DNA of 64,000 nucleotides from Tubiluchus corallicola (lineage: Eukaryota > Animalia > Priapulida): assembly GCA_030141605.1 (NCBI GenBank), contig JAQGDQ010000080.1, positions 248,001-312,000 of the forward strand. The letters are read 5' to 3'. A model generated the notes under the pieces. The model was not told the DNA's origin. It saw only the letters and a program-made list of their open reading frames with translations, and did no database searches. The translations under genes and the position numbers were made by a program. How positions within the stretch are numbered: position 1 is the stretch's first letter; the number at the start of each line of letters is the position of its first letter. Below are positions 1 to 12,250 of the stretch, one piece after another.

Positions 1-504
1 TCCAAAAAGATTATTTGCAAAAAAAGTTTAAGGTACCGTCAATTTCCAAAGGATCATCATAAAATTGTTATACAAATATACTAGCGCAAATTCCACTTCG
101 ATTGGCAGAGCTTGTTTTTGAACTGCCATCTTGAATTATTGATAGTAGCAATAACATCATATTCCAAATAGTTTATAAACCATTTTCGAGAAAAAGTCTA
201 AGGCTCCACCAATTCGCAACTGATTGTCATAAAGCTGTACAGTGTACAGGAGTATATTGTAGCGAATTCTGCATCGACTGACAGAGTGGGATTTTCGATT
301 TGCCGCTAGAATTCAAGATGGCGGCATTGACGTCATTTCTAACCGATGACTTTCAGTTCAGCGAATCACTCGATCAATAACAGTTCGAGTTCAACTTGTT
401 TGTCAGGATTAAGATTTAATTCTGCTATTTAACACCAGAGAGTTTCATATCGCGTTAGCGCTGGGATACCGTATATTATGTTCTAACAGTGGCAAAATAC
501 TTAC

Positions 505-768
505 AGGAAGATGTTGAGGTAACAGAAGAAGACAACTGCAGCAGGTATAAATACTGATGTTACAGCGAAGAAAACTGTGTAGGAATACGTGTGTAGTCTA
601 TCGTACAGGCAAATCATAGCTTTTTCATCGTAGCCGTTACCACCCCATCCAAACATGGTAGGCATATCAATAAGGATACTGGCTACCCAGATAGCGATGC
701 ACAGAACAGTTACGCTCCTCCAGGTAAAAATGTACATGTAGATATGGTGTTTGCAAAGTGCTACATAC
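505..768 (-). CDS. GPCR A coding exon 4 (TM4, ECL2, TM5)
   Basis: YVALCKHH...DMPTMFGWG...AMICLYDR...IPAAVVFFCYLNIF; cttgttcag and |gtaagt. Confidence 0.93.
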
Positions 769-2654
769 CTGAACAAGATAAGGGAAATGTACCAAATTTA
801 AAAATTTGAGAACATATAAAAGTGATTTTGCATATATAATCAAGACACTTGATATGTAAACTGAAGTACGGAATTAAGAATTTCCTCATGTAGCGCAAGA
901 ACAATTATTTTTGCAGTTTTGACCACAGTTCGGCACACTTCAAGACGAGACACTTAACGGGCAGAGTATGCATGATGCATCCTTTTTCAGAACATGATGC
1001 ATCCCCGTAAAATCAGAATGACGAAAGAAAGCGCTCTGAGCAAAAAGTGTAAATCCAAACAGTCGTAAACCATTTGACGTGACTTCTCTCGGTTATTTAG
1101 CTCGCTGAAACGCTTATCCCTGATAACTGTTTTGTTTGGTTCCAGTATCATATTTTGAAGTAGAATAGACTCATAATGCTTATTTAATCTTTCATGTGTC
1201 CGTAGATTATGTTATAAAATGTTATAGTTATTTGCTGCCTTGCCAAAGTTTATATATGCTTTCCAATAATAAAAGTCAGTATAATGCGAGTGTGTTGATT
1301 AAGGTGTGGATGTCCTGAAAATATACTCTCAAGAAAATAAACATTGCGTCGATAGAAGCTACTGCTGTAATTACAAAGAATTTAGTGGCGAGATAATATA
1401 CGAATGAGTTTAAGGTACAGTACTAGTTACAGGGTGTATGGCAGAATCAAAGTCACGATGGCCGCGGTGTGTTTGCTGGATTCCGGATTGCAATGAGCCG
1501 AAGTGTCTAAAAACATTTAGAAGGCTTGTAAACTTATAAAATTATTTTATAAATATGAAAATCAATGTTATGATACTTTAAGGAAATATTAGGAAACGTT
1601 AATGTTTTTGTGAGCCTTGCTTATGTTTGCAAATCATGTTTTTGTGTTACGTAAACAAAGCAATATTAACTATTGAACATAAAATGGATAAAATGGAGAC
1701 ATGTAAATTTGATCGCTAAAGATGTATTTTATGGACTATGCTCGGTATTTCTGTTTCCATTTAAGGGCTAATCATGTGGATTTTCCACAGTTATGTGGAG
1801 CCATTTCAGCGTTTATAAGGGTACTGTAGCTTTTTTAGCGGCTTCTTACATTTTTCTGCCCTGTTTGCTTAAAATCAGAACCACACTTTCCTAATAATAA
1901 GGTCTAGTTTTTTTAAATACAAATCCTATTTTTGTTAATTCAGCTACCAAGGATGTTATTATGGTGAGTGATGCAAGTTATTCAGATGATTCACTCAGGT
2001 AGATCATAGGAACTGTTGAACTAAAGTAGTTAAATTATCTTGATAATACTGTATTTGCATGTGGGTTTTCTCTTACCATTCAGTTAATTGTACAATTTAA
2101 CTAAAGAAAGCAACTGCAACCTTATACCTGTTAACAGCGATAGCCATGATATTTAACAGCGAAGCGATGCAACAGATTAAGCAAACAATTCCAATAACTG
2201 TGCAGAGTTCAGCATTGTGATGGAAGAATTCGTACCCGTTAATTACCCCTGCAAAATAAAGCGATTTAGAAAAAGCACGACCTGCATTATCTGAATAACG
2301 AAAAGCATAACTGACAGTCTAATCGCATTCCGTAAGTATGACACGGGCGCAAACTCGGTTCACTATTATCCAAGTTGAATTATTACTCAATTATTGTTTT
2401 TCTTGGCATTCAGGTGAAAGGCATTCACCTCTGCTTTTCTTGATTTATTAAAAAATGAAATCGGTTGGAAGAAGAATTTTTCCCACCTTCACATGTCAGT
2501 CAGTCAGTCAGTCGGTCACTCAGTCAGTCAGTCAGTCAGTCAGTCAGTCAGTCAGTCAGTCAGTCAGTCAGTCAGTCAGTCAGTCAGTCAGTCAGTCAGT
2601 CAGTCAGTCAGTCAGTCAGTCAGTCAGTCAGTCAGTCAGTCAGTCAGTCAGTCA

Positions 2655-2724
<70 letters not shown>

Positions 2725-5700
2725 GTGTCTGCCAGTCAGTCAGTTTGTCAGTTAATCAGTCACGTTTGCTTCTTCGTGTGTGAACGTCAAGTTCAGAGTT
2801 TAATCTTGTCAAAAAATATTAACATTTTGCTTTGATTGTGTTTTCTAATTATGTAGTTGATAGTTGTTCAGTTACACTGGTTTTCAATTTTTGTACTTTA
2901 TAATAATTTTTGTTAAACCGTCCCTCATTCATCGATTGTTTAATGATAGTCACCGACGATTGCTTGAAGCGAGTAAACTAGCAATAAGGAATGTTGGCGT
3001 TTTTATTCGATGTAGGAATGTATGTGAAGGAAGGGCTGGGAAACAGAAACACATGACATATCCAAGTATGACACTAAATTTATCAAATAAGTCCCAATTG
3101 CATTAATTACGACATGCCATTACGAAGTCATTGCGCAAAGTGCCTGTACGTTTTATATGACATAATTCGCATTATAAAGTTTGTCTAAAGGCTAAAGCCA
3201 AATCATTAATTATTATGGTCATAACCTCTTCATTTGGGAATATATTATGGCTAGTAATTCGTGTTTACTAATAGAACTTTCTTATATGCGAAATAGTAAT
3301 GAATTTGAAATTAGCCATTACATTATATTTGATGCGCTTTGTTATTCAAAGGCTTTGAATTTCAAACTGCGGAAGGCTTTGTAATTATGTCTCAAGCGCG
3401 CATCGTCAGAAACAAGAAGCTTTAATGTAAAGTCCCCCAGTGATTCTTGACGTATGAAGCGAGCGGTCACGTATACAGATAACCTTCATGACTAGGCATT
3501 ACAGTCAGGGATCTTGGACAGGTTGTTTCTTTTGAAACACATCCTCATACAGTGGCGTTGGGAAAGGTTTTCCGCAGAGAGGGCAAAGAGTGTAGAACTG
3601 CCATTCTACTTTGCAGCTAAGGGTCGGGGAAGGGGCACTGTAAGCTCCCTAGCGGACCTATTGTTTGTTGTTTTGTCTATCCATTGTATAGGTCTATTGT
3701 TTTGTAAGTTTCTTTAGATACTCAATGAGTTTCTTTAGGCTATAATAGCACATGCGATCTATAGTGTAAGCACGTATAATGCAATATGCACCTCAAAATC
3801 TGAAGCAAAAAGTGACTTTGCAATTAAATATGAAAAAACCCAGAAAAGAAAACCCTGCCTGCACAACAGACGACTATTTAGTATTAATAGATCTCATATT
3901 CAATATCAAAGCGAGTTGGAAAGTAAGGATTTTATGAAGATTGCTGTGCACGGCTGCAACACGCATCTCAACTTTATCTCTATTTTAATTTAGAGAGAAA
4001 GTCGAGCAGTGAATTTTGTATGGAAATGATAATTGTGATATTAAAACAGTGCAAACAACTAAAAGTAATTTACGTTTTCTAGGCATTTTGTTTTGTCGTT
4101 TCTCTATTTTTTCCTTTTGGTGCCTTTTATGCGTTATTTATGAATTTAGGTCTGTTAGACTAGATGAATTTTCTGGAAAGAGGCGTTTTTTCTGAAAGTG
4201 GGCAACCTTGCCAGTCTTACCAGTTTCACTATGTTGAATCTGAAAAAACTATTTCCAACTTCAAAAACCCAGCGGAAAATGGTAAAAAAGTGCAAAAAAT
4301 AAAATGGTTGCCAAGTTTTTGCGCAAACAGTAGGCCAATATTAAAAGAAATTACCCCAGAAAATTAACGTTAAGAGGCGATTGTGATATCCATTTCAGGG
4401 TAGTTAGACCTAAAAATGCATTTCTACTACGTACTTCCATTTTAAAAATGGCCACTCTATATACAAAATGACTGCCACACAAAACGAAATTATTCCAATC
4501 ATACGATTATATTTTAAAAGTTAAAACTGTTTTACTTAAGAATTTATAATAAAATTAAAAGACAAATGATATTTATCAAGTGGACTTGCTACTAGACCTC
4601 AAAAAGTTGCAAAGGACTGAAAAAATCAAAAAACAAAAACAAAATGGCCGTCGGATCCCCGACATATAGTCTTAGAGAATGATGAAAAAAGTTCAATGTT
4701 ATGCTAATAAAAACATGCTATCCGCCAAAATTTGTTACTGCTGTTGAAATAGATATTGGGGAAACCTGAAAACGTGAGTACTTCATCCCATAAGATTATA
4801 ACAAAAATTTTGATAATTCTGTTAGAAATATAATAATATAATAACGTAAGTTTTAAAAAACAGGCTAAATTTGACTTTTTTCAAAGTCATATCAAAAGAA
4901 CTGTTTTGAATTTTTGGAAAAGGTAGATTTTTCTAGGAAAAGAGCGACTAGATTATTCTACCTTCAGCTTCTCTGCAGTATGCCCCCAAAGTTTAAACAG
5001 GCGAAAACGGTCATTTTATTTGAAGTTCCAGTGCCTCTATCATGAAACGAAATAATTTGAAATGGGCGTCTTTTTTTACCTCTATCATGAAACGAAATTA
5101 TTTGAAATTGGCGCCTTATTTTTTACGTTGTAGTTACATCTGGAGATATTCACTAGGGTTTCTACTTGCAAAACATCCTCATGGTAAGCAGGTAAGTTTT
5201 CTTAAAACGTTAAGTGTCAAGATAGTACAGAAAATTATTTTAGTATTATTGCACCTGCTATCGGAGAATACACCTTTGTGATAATTTCAGCTGACAGCTG
5301 GTGCCATATCATCAAAAAGAGTCTAAATATATGTGGTATCTCTTTATTGTCCTCCGTAGTTGCCTGCGGTTAGGGTGCCATTATGACGTCCGCACAAAAC
5401 TGTATCCAGTGTATCTACGATTGTGGCCATGTTTCTAAATTATTGGTCCTTATGATCTGTGTCAGAAACTGCTTATACAGGCTTGGCAAAACACATTTAT
5501 GCCAAAACGTTTTGTGACAAAACTGACAGGGTCCAAATATTTGCGTTGTTAAATTTTTAGAGAAGGTAAGTTTGTTATTGCGTACGGTATACATGATACC
5601 ATTGTATTTCAAAAAATATTAAATACATTATTACAAAATGCGAATATGAATTGCAACAACTGTTCTCTAAAAGCCTGCACTTACCAACAAGAGAAAATGG

Positions 5701-7365
5701 ATTAACGAAGGTAGAAACACCTAGATCGGCAATAGTAAGATTTATAATGAGCATATTAGCAGGAGTTCGTAGCTTTTTGCTATAGTACACTGCCGTGATA
5801 ATCTGAAATAAAACTTCATTGCATTCTTTGTAGACGTTGTCAAAGCTACTGTCAATAAGATAATCATGCCTCCATGGAATATGATTTTATTTTCCAATAA
5901 ACCAATTGAGAAATTACTGCTGATATAAAGTAATAATAAAATAAAGTTTACTACATAACGAAAAAATGTGGAGAGAAGTCTGGAAAAGGATGTGCCATAT
6001 TGCCAGGCCATCGAAACTCATGCTTCATGCCTCACGCTTCATACTTCATACTTCATGCTTCATGCTTCACGGCCCACTGGGCCATAGGGGCTCATGCTCT
6101 CACGCTTCACACACGAGTCTGCATTGCGCATTCAAAATGGAATCATTTGACGAGGAAGATTTCTTGATTTTGTTGTGTCTCAGAAGAAGGAAGCGAAAGA
6201 GACGGAGAATATGGTGCCGGGAGCATTTTTTGCTCAGAGAATCCAGAGGAGAATTTCAGCGGACATTTCAACACCTCGTGGACAATCCTGATGAAGAACT
6301 ATTTCATAATTATACAAGGATGTCGTACAAGACTTACAGTACATTAAAGTCCCTCGTGCTAGGACATCTGAAGCCACGCCATTCAAATTGGAGGAGGCCA
6401 ATCGAAGCAGAACAAAAGCTCATCATAACTCTCAGGTGGTAATTACTAGTCAAAGTATGTTTGTCAGATAAGCATGCACTGACATGACCACATAAAAAAG
6501 TAGATCTAAACACCCCCCCCCCCGATAAAAAAGAAAGGCCACACAAAAATTCCAAAATGTTTTTGAAGGGTAAAATTTAATTATTTTATGTTTTTCAGAT
6601 ATACTGACATGACCATATAATAAAAACAAAAACCGAAAAACGAAAGTGAAAAATTTGAAAAGGTTTAGGTCACAATGTCCCGTTCTAACTCTGATCGTGA
6701 AATGAATAGTCCTCAGGACCATGAGCAGTCAAAAAACGCTCTGATATCCAGTCTGCCCTCGGACTCACGTCTCGAAAAAGTGAACATGTTCACTTCTAGC
6801 TTCACGCGTGAGTCGTGAAGCTTGAAGTGTGAGGCGTGAGCGGAGGTCTATGGCGCACCGCAAATAAGATTACGTTTGTTCATTTTTCCACTCACGCGTT
6901 TAGACGTGAAGCATGAGCGTGAGGCATGAAGCGTGAGTTTCTATGGCCTGGCAGCCTAAGCCGTATAGAATATTTTTTAAATCGGGGTAAAAATATTAGC
7001 AAAATAAAGAGACGAAAGTGAAGCATTGTAGACATTCGAAAAACAAGAAAGCGAAATTGAAGAAAAGAAACGAAAGAATAAAGGTGGAATAGAAGAATTA
7101 AATATTCTTCCAATCCGAAGAAAAAAGCCGAGAATTCATATATCTTTACAGCTTCTGTATATCAACTCTAGTTTACCATAACATTTCCAAAAGTTCCCAG
7201 TGTTATCATGACGGTTAGCATTGCAATAAGAAAGCCTGTTAGTCCTGGATGCTCTTCAAAAGGATCTACGAACTGCTTCTCATCATCCCAAATTGTACCA
7301 TTGCTGTCATTTCGTTTTAGTACATGTTTGATAATTGTGTCTGGCGGACCGCCCAGTAGCTCCAT
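505..7365 (-). CDS. Class A GPCR, melatonin-receptor-like orphan, paralogue A, 3'-partial; join(7177-7365, 5685-5802, 2128-2248, 505-768, last exon outside window)
   Basis: Same internal exon lengths (118, 121, 264) and phases as paralogue B; NRY motif; open frame across four exons. Confidence 0.92.
2128..2248 (-). CDS. GPCR A coding exon 3 (ECL1 and TM3), not in the ORF track
   Basis: GVINGYEFFHHNAELCTVIGIVCLICCIASLLNIMAIAVNR; tttattttgcag and AG|gtataa. Confidence 0.93.
2496..2760. repeat. (CAGT)n switching to (CTGT)n tetranucleotide microsatellite
   Basis: Directly visible. Confidence 0.98.
3631..5037. mobile_element. Possible non-autonomous DNA transposon in intron 2 of GPCR A
   Basis: Imperfect inverted ends (aggggcactgtaa vs reverse complement agaggcactggaa) around A/T-tract-rich non-coding DNA with AAAATGGC motifs; no clear TSD. 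Confidence 0.3.
5685..5802 (-). CDS. GPCR A coding exon 2 (ICL1 and TM2)
   Basis: IITAVYYSKKLRTPANMLIINLTIADLGVSTFVNPFSLV; ttttatttcag and G|gtaagt. Confidence 0.93.
6001..6956 (+). mobile_element. Internally deleted PIF/Harbinger DNA transposon in intron 1 of GPCR A
   Basis: 38-bp TIR (tgccaggccatcgaaactcatgcttcatgcctcacgct) with 2 mismatches; GCTTCAT-type subterminal repeats; right end ...GCC followed by TAA; transposase N-terminus inside. Confidence 0.85.
6137..6435 (+). pseudogene. N-terminal fragment of Harbinger (HARBI1/ALP1-like) transposase
   Basis: RRRIW...RGEF...LFHNYTRMS...L...RRPIEAEQKLIITLR, the typical N-terminal region of PIF/Harbinger transposases; DDE core absent. Confidence 0.8.
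7177..7365 (-). CDS. GPCR A coding exon 1 (N-terminus and TM1)
   Basis: MELLGGPP...DPFEEHP...LGTFGNVM; NDS and NGT sequons; donor ATG|gtaaac. Confidence 0.92.
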
Positions 7366-8799
7366 CTATAACCTAAATATTAGCATACGTGATTTAACGC
7401 ATTTTTTACCAAACTCGCCTTACAAAGTAAGAACAGAATCGAAATGAAGGCTCATTTCTAAAAGAACCAGTGTTCTATTGCGCTCATATTGTTTCAGATA
7501 TGTATAAACTAATTGATCATTTTGCTTGTGATTATGCCATTTTTATTTAATACGTGAATGTCTATGTTCATTGGAATTAGTTGGCATAAAATCCATTAGT
7601 ATTCAAAGTGGGGGTAAGGAAAAGCCCTGCTGTGTCCTACATATTTCATGTCTACTTAGATAGCCTATTAGTTAAAGTACACAGATCAAACTAAAATAGG
7701 AGCTAAGAGGAATCTTCTATTATTAACGTATTTTGGCTCTTCTTAAAAATTGTAGAACCGTTCTGAAATCTTACAATATGTATGAACCTCTTCACTTTCA
7801 TATTTTTATATCAATTTTTATGTGATTAAGGAACCAAGGTGAAAAACATGTCAGTAAATTCTGCAGACTGCAAAATCAAATTAGAGATACCACAGAGCTG
7901 TCACGCTTTTGCGACATTAACTTGACGCCACAATGATAATATAATGGCAAAGAAGCGAGTTGTATTTATAAATAAAGGACAGGACATAAAGTTAAAACAG
8001 AATTTAATAATGCGAATTTTCTTACGACGGATAAGCTAACAAATATGCATGTCTTTCGCCATTTTACAGCGCCAGCTATGGAAGTTCTATAGAAGCTATA
8101 GAAATTTAGGTATGTGCATCAAACTACGGATTCAGGCGTGTTTTTACATATAATAGAACGAGGCTGGATATGCTCCATCATGAAGATGAATAGCATTTAC
8201 ATCAAATGAGACCGGTAGTGTAAATTCTAATGATAGCTAGCGAAGATTAGTGATTTCCATGTTTGTCCGCTGAACAAGACACCTGCTCCTGTCCGTCTGG
8301 GCCTTTGTCGCCTGTCCATATGTGGTATAATGTGAAAGTGTGATACCCTAGCTTTCCTTTTGCTGTAACTTTCAAAGAGCATTTGACAGCGTCTGGCTCG
8401 ATTGACCGATGTACAAATTAAGCAACACAAAATGTAACTGGTAAAATTTTACATTTAATAAACAATGTTTGTATAATAGGAAAGTAAATATTAGACTTGG
8501 TGACTTCACATCACAGTCCTATAGTTGCAAAGTTGGATTTCACACGGCTCTGTAGCTTTTCCTTTACTGTTTATTTCTAATGTTGCAGATATGTTTCGTG
8601 AAATCACTAGATTTGATAGTGCTGACTGTTCAAGTGTGCTGATGATGGTACAATTTATGTAACTTGTGATAACGACACAGAAACAATTAAACTGGCTCAA
8701 AGTTACTGTAATTTGCTCTATAACTGGTGTTATCGCTAGCGTTTAATTTTAACCTGCGCACCTAGTAAAACAGAAGTTATTCCTTTTGCTATGGAAAAT

Positions 8800-9921
8800 T
8801 TGACAGTTAAGTTACGTATTAGAAACATTAATGTAAATTACGTTAAAGCCAGATTTTGGAAATTAGCATAGATAATTCATTAACATTCAGTAAACACATT
8901 AATAATATTAGAAAGAAAGCCTAGAACAGGTGGATTCAATTCGACGCAAAATGTCATTTGTATAAAGGTTTTAGTTTGATAACAGCAATTGTATTGTTTA
9001 AGGCACTGCTGGTATTACCTATTGTTTTGTATGGTTGCATGGATAGCTCGTAAACACGATTTCTTTGACGACAAAAGTTATGACATCATGAAAACTGCGA
9101 CAGGTTGTAGTTTCCATCCATCCGGTGACAAGCTGGAGCTAACATGTGGATTGCCGCCTTTAGACGTTATGAGGAAAAAATTAACATGCCGAGCAGTGAC
9201 TTAGTAAAATTGAATTTGATTAGGTTAGATAACAATCCGATGACACAAAATAGGCACTTTTGCATCTGGTTTTAACGGCGGCTAATGAATTTTTAAGAAT
9301 AATTAAAATTTTTACTGTCCGAAATTTGGATTTACGAGAAATCCCCTAAGCAGTTGCTAAATATACTAAAAGTTGATATTAATAATTATAAATTAGCAAT
9401 ATGGAAACGTAAGTGTCGCAACAGATTTCTTTGTGGGGCATTTGCAGTTTATCCGTATTCACTAGGTACAGCTCCTTTTGACTATTCTAGTCCCGAGATG
9501 TAACGGAAAGCTTAAGGTTTTAACCTGTACCATTCTAACAGGTCAAAGCAATTTCAATGACTTCCTGTACAATACTGGTTATGCAGAAAGAAATGTGCCA
9601 GTGCCTAGAAGGGAGGCAAACCCCATATCATCTGCTATTTTGATGTAAATTAGTACATTGCATTAAAAGGGAATACTTTGTAAACGTTTTACAGCATTTG
9701 GATGTTAATTATATGTTAACTTATCATGATAATTTGATTCTAACGAATTTTGCTAATATTTTGTTAGATCATTTTCTTTTCTCACTAATTTAACCGGATT
9801 AAATAATTTAGGAAATGTGTATCATTGTCAGTTAAGCAGACAGTGATGATAGATTGCTTGCATAGGCTGTAAAGGCCTTTAAATACAGGGCACATGTATA
9901 TATGTTCGAATAAAGAGTTAC
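8800..9921 (+). mobile_element. Degenerate 3' fragment of a non-LTR retrotransposon, ending in AATAAA and an (AAT)n tail (5' boundary approximate)
   Basis: Broken frames read FSKHINNIRKKA, KTATG...P...LELTCGLPPL and a zinc-knuckle-like MCQCLEGRQTPYHLLF*C. Confidence 0.6.
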
Positions 9922-10170
<249 letters not shown>

Positions 10171-10572
10171 CGTTTTTTCAGGCTTATTAGCATGTTCCCT
10201 CTGTTTCACTTATTATTCGAATTTCATTCATTAGATAAGTTGATGTGTAACTCTTTATCAGCTTGCCAATGCGGCCGCTTTGGTTTTACTCATGGGTTAT
10301 GAAGGATATTTTTTACTTTTAGACTCCCTTTTGTTCGGATATTGCCACTAAACGCACTGGCCTACCGGGCTCTCTTACTTGGCTGAGAGCAAATGATGGC
10401 AGTAAAGAGTGCCATGAAAGCAAATGATGGTAATATTAAAATGTAAGAGCCATGAAAGAAGACAATATTGTTGTTACAAACATCAAATACCATGTTTCTT
10501 GTCTTTTTCCTTTGCCTGCGTAGTAGATGCCCTAGCTGGCACAATCTTGATCACTCGAGGTCGAGAGTTCGC

Positions 10573-11060
10573 AGTAAAAATGACACAGGTAAAATGGCAC
10601 AAATGAAACTGTAGGTAAAAATGGCACGGGAAAAATGGCACAAATAGAAAAGTGGGTAAAATGGCACATAAGTTATTTTGATGCAATTGATTTCTGTAAT
10701 AAAACTACAATGCGCTCAGTAGGAAATGGATCTCTGCCAAAGCCGAGCAAAACTAAGCTTATTCGTCTGATTATTTTGATTAAAAAATATAACACAAAGA
10801 CAAAAAGCAAACCTATAAAAATGGACCTGTATTGGTATTATATAGACTAGCAAAAGACTCACAAAATATTTGTTCATTAAATAGATTTATAATCATTAAT
10901 GAACGAATGTTCCATATAGTGTTTATCTACCTTTTTAACCATTAATTTTGGCAATGGTCATAAGTGACAACACGCTGGTACATACCAAAATCACACTACA
11001 AAGCTATACACATTAATAAGCAAATGATATAGACAGCGTTACACAGTTTTAAAAGCGAGA
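10573..11060 (+). repeat. Dispersed repeat family X, copy 1 (GGTAAAAATGGCAC subrepeats; probable non-autonomous DNA transposon arm)
   Basis: Colinear similarity to 58342-58840, e.g. the identical AGACTAGCAAAAGACTCACAAAATATTTGTTCATTAAA. Confidence 0.85.
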
Positions 11061-11984
11061 ACTTCTCGAACTGTAACTGGAACTGGAAGTAACTCGTACT
11101 CGTAGTTGTTTGTCCAGATGGAGATAACAAAAAAGAATTACGAAACACTCCGTCTGAGTCCTCCACGAAATGCTTGCACGTCATTGTGCAGCCTAACTAA
11201 CCAACTAAAATCTTGTTTCTATGTACCGTAAGCTTTTTAAAAAGGATTCAAGTCAATAAGAAGTTTGAAGCGTTTTTAATGATTTTGCTTGTATATTTTT
11301 AATCGAGCCACCGAACGTTCCGTTTAAGGTAGAAAATTATTTTCTGAACCATTGATCGCAATTATAGTTAGGCTTGTGTGAAAAATCTACATGTTGTTCA
11401 CATAGCAGCCGTCATAGCTATTTATTGCTTCACTTTTGGCAACTACGAAGAGGTTTCAATTTGCACAGGCATTCTCTCATTTAAACCTGTTTAACAGCAT
11501 GGGCAGATTCAGTGTACCCATAAAAGCAAAAACGTTCTGGCAACTTTCGGCTTTTTGTCTTAGAGTTTGCAGTTTACACATTTAGCGAACAGATTTAGAA
11601 CAAATGACTAAAATTAGTTTATACGGGTGTCCGACTGAGAGATCAAACTACACCGAGAGAACAATGGTGGTGAGGAACCGGAATTATTTCATTGATTTTT
11701 GTCCATCATTCTGTAATCTTGCAATTTTGGGAGACTTCAGACAGCAGGCTGTGTGTAATAGGATGTGAGTAACGTAAAAACAACGGAGACCAGTAAATGC
11801 AGGGGGAGTCACAAGTATTTTGACTGAAATTTGGAAAGTTACAAAATACTAAACTTACAGACCTAATCTAGGTAAGAAGTAAATGAACAAATGTAAAGAG
11901 CAGGAGAAGAAATAAACAAAGAACGAATGAATGAACAGTTAGACAAATGAGGACTGATAAATGTAGGACTGATAGACAAACGAG

Positions 11985-12250
11985 TGTATTTATTTACAAA
12001 GCACCTTTCAATAATTTTTTCAAATGTGCTGTACAATTAAAAATATTTAGGTAAAAGTCCGATACTGCTAAAAATGACGAGTTTTTAGTTTCCTTTTATA
12101 AGAATTAAATTAACGCAAGCTCTAATTCAAATTGGTAGCTTATCCTTACACTTTGGTAATGCTTGAAAATCCTAAATCAGCAAAGGTTTTCTTTTTATTA
12201 AAAGGTGCAAAAAGTAAGCTGGAGCCAACCTACATAAATGTAATGTTTTG
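11985..12250 (-). mobile_element. 3' end of an L2-like LINE
   Basis: Minus strand ends TGTACAGCACATTTGA...AAAGGTGCTTTGTAAATAAATA, resembling the L2 3' stem-loop and tail, preceded by degenerate KTF/LP-IR/K-KT residues. Confidence 0.45.

Noticed and set aside
122-325. Inverted GCCATCTTGAATT / AATTCAAGATGGC pair as a structured RNA
   Set aside because: Common motif in non-autonomous DNA transposon interiors; element boundaries cannot be defined at the window edge
2455-2835. ORFs with SQSV/CLSV repeats
   Set aside because: Translations of the tetranucleotide microsatellite in an intron
5966-6136. N-terminal extension of the 158-aa ORF
   Set aside because: It runs through the TIR and subterminal repeats; the transposase-like sequence starts at ATG 6137
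10573-10670. CRISPR-like spacing of AAAATGGCAC repeats
   Set aside because: Repeats are too short and degenerate, spacers are tiny, there are no cas genes, and the context is eukaryotic
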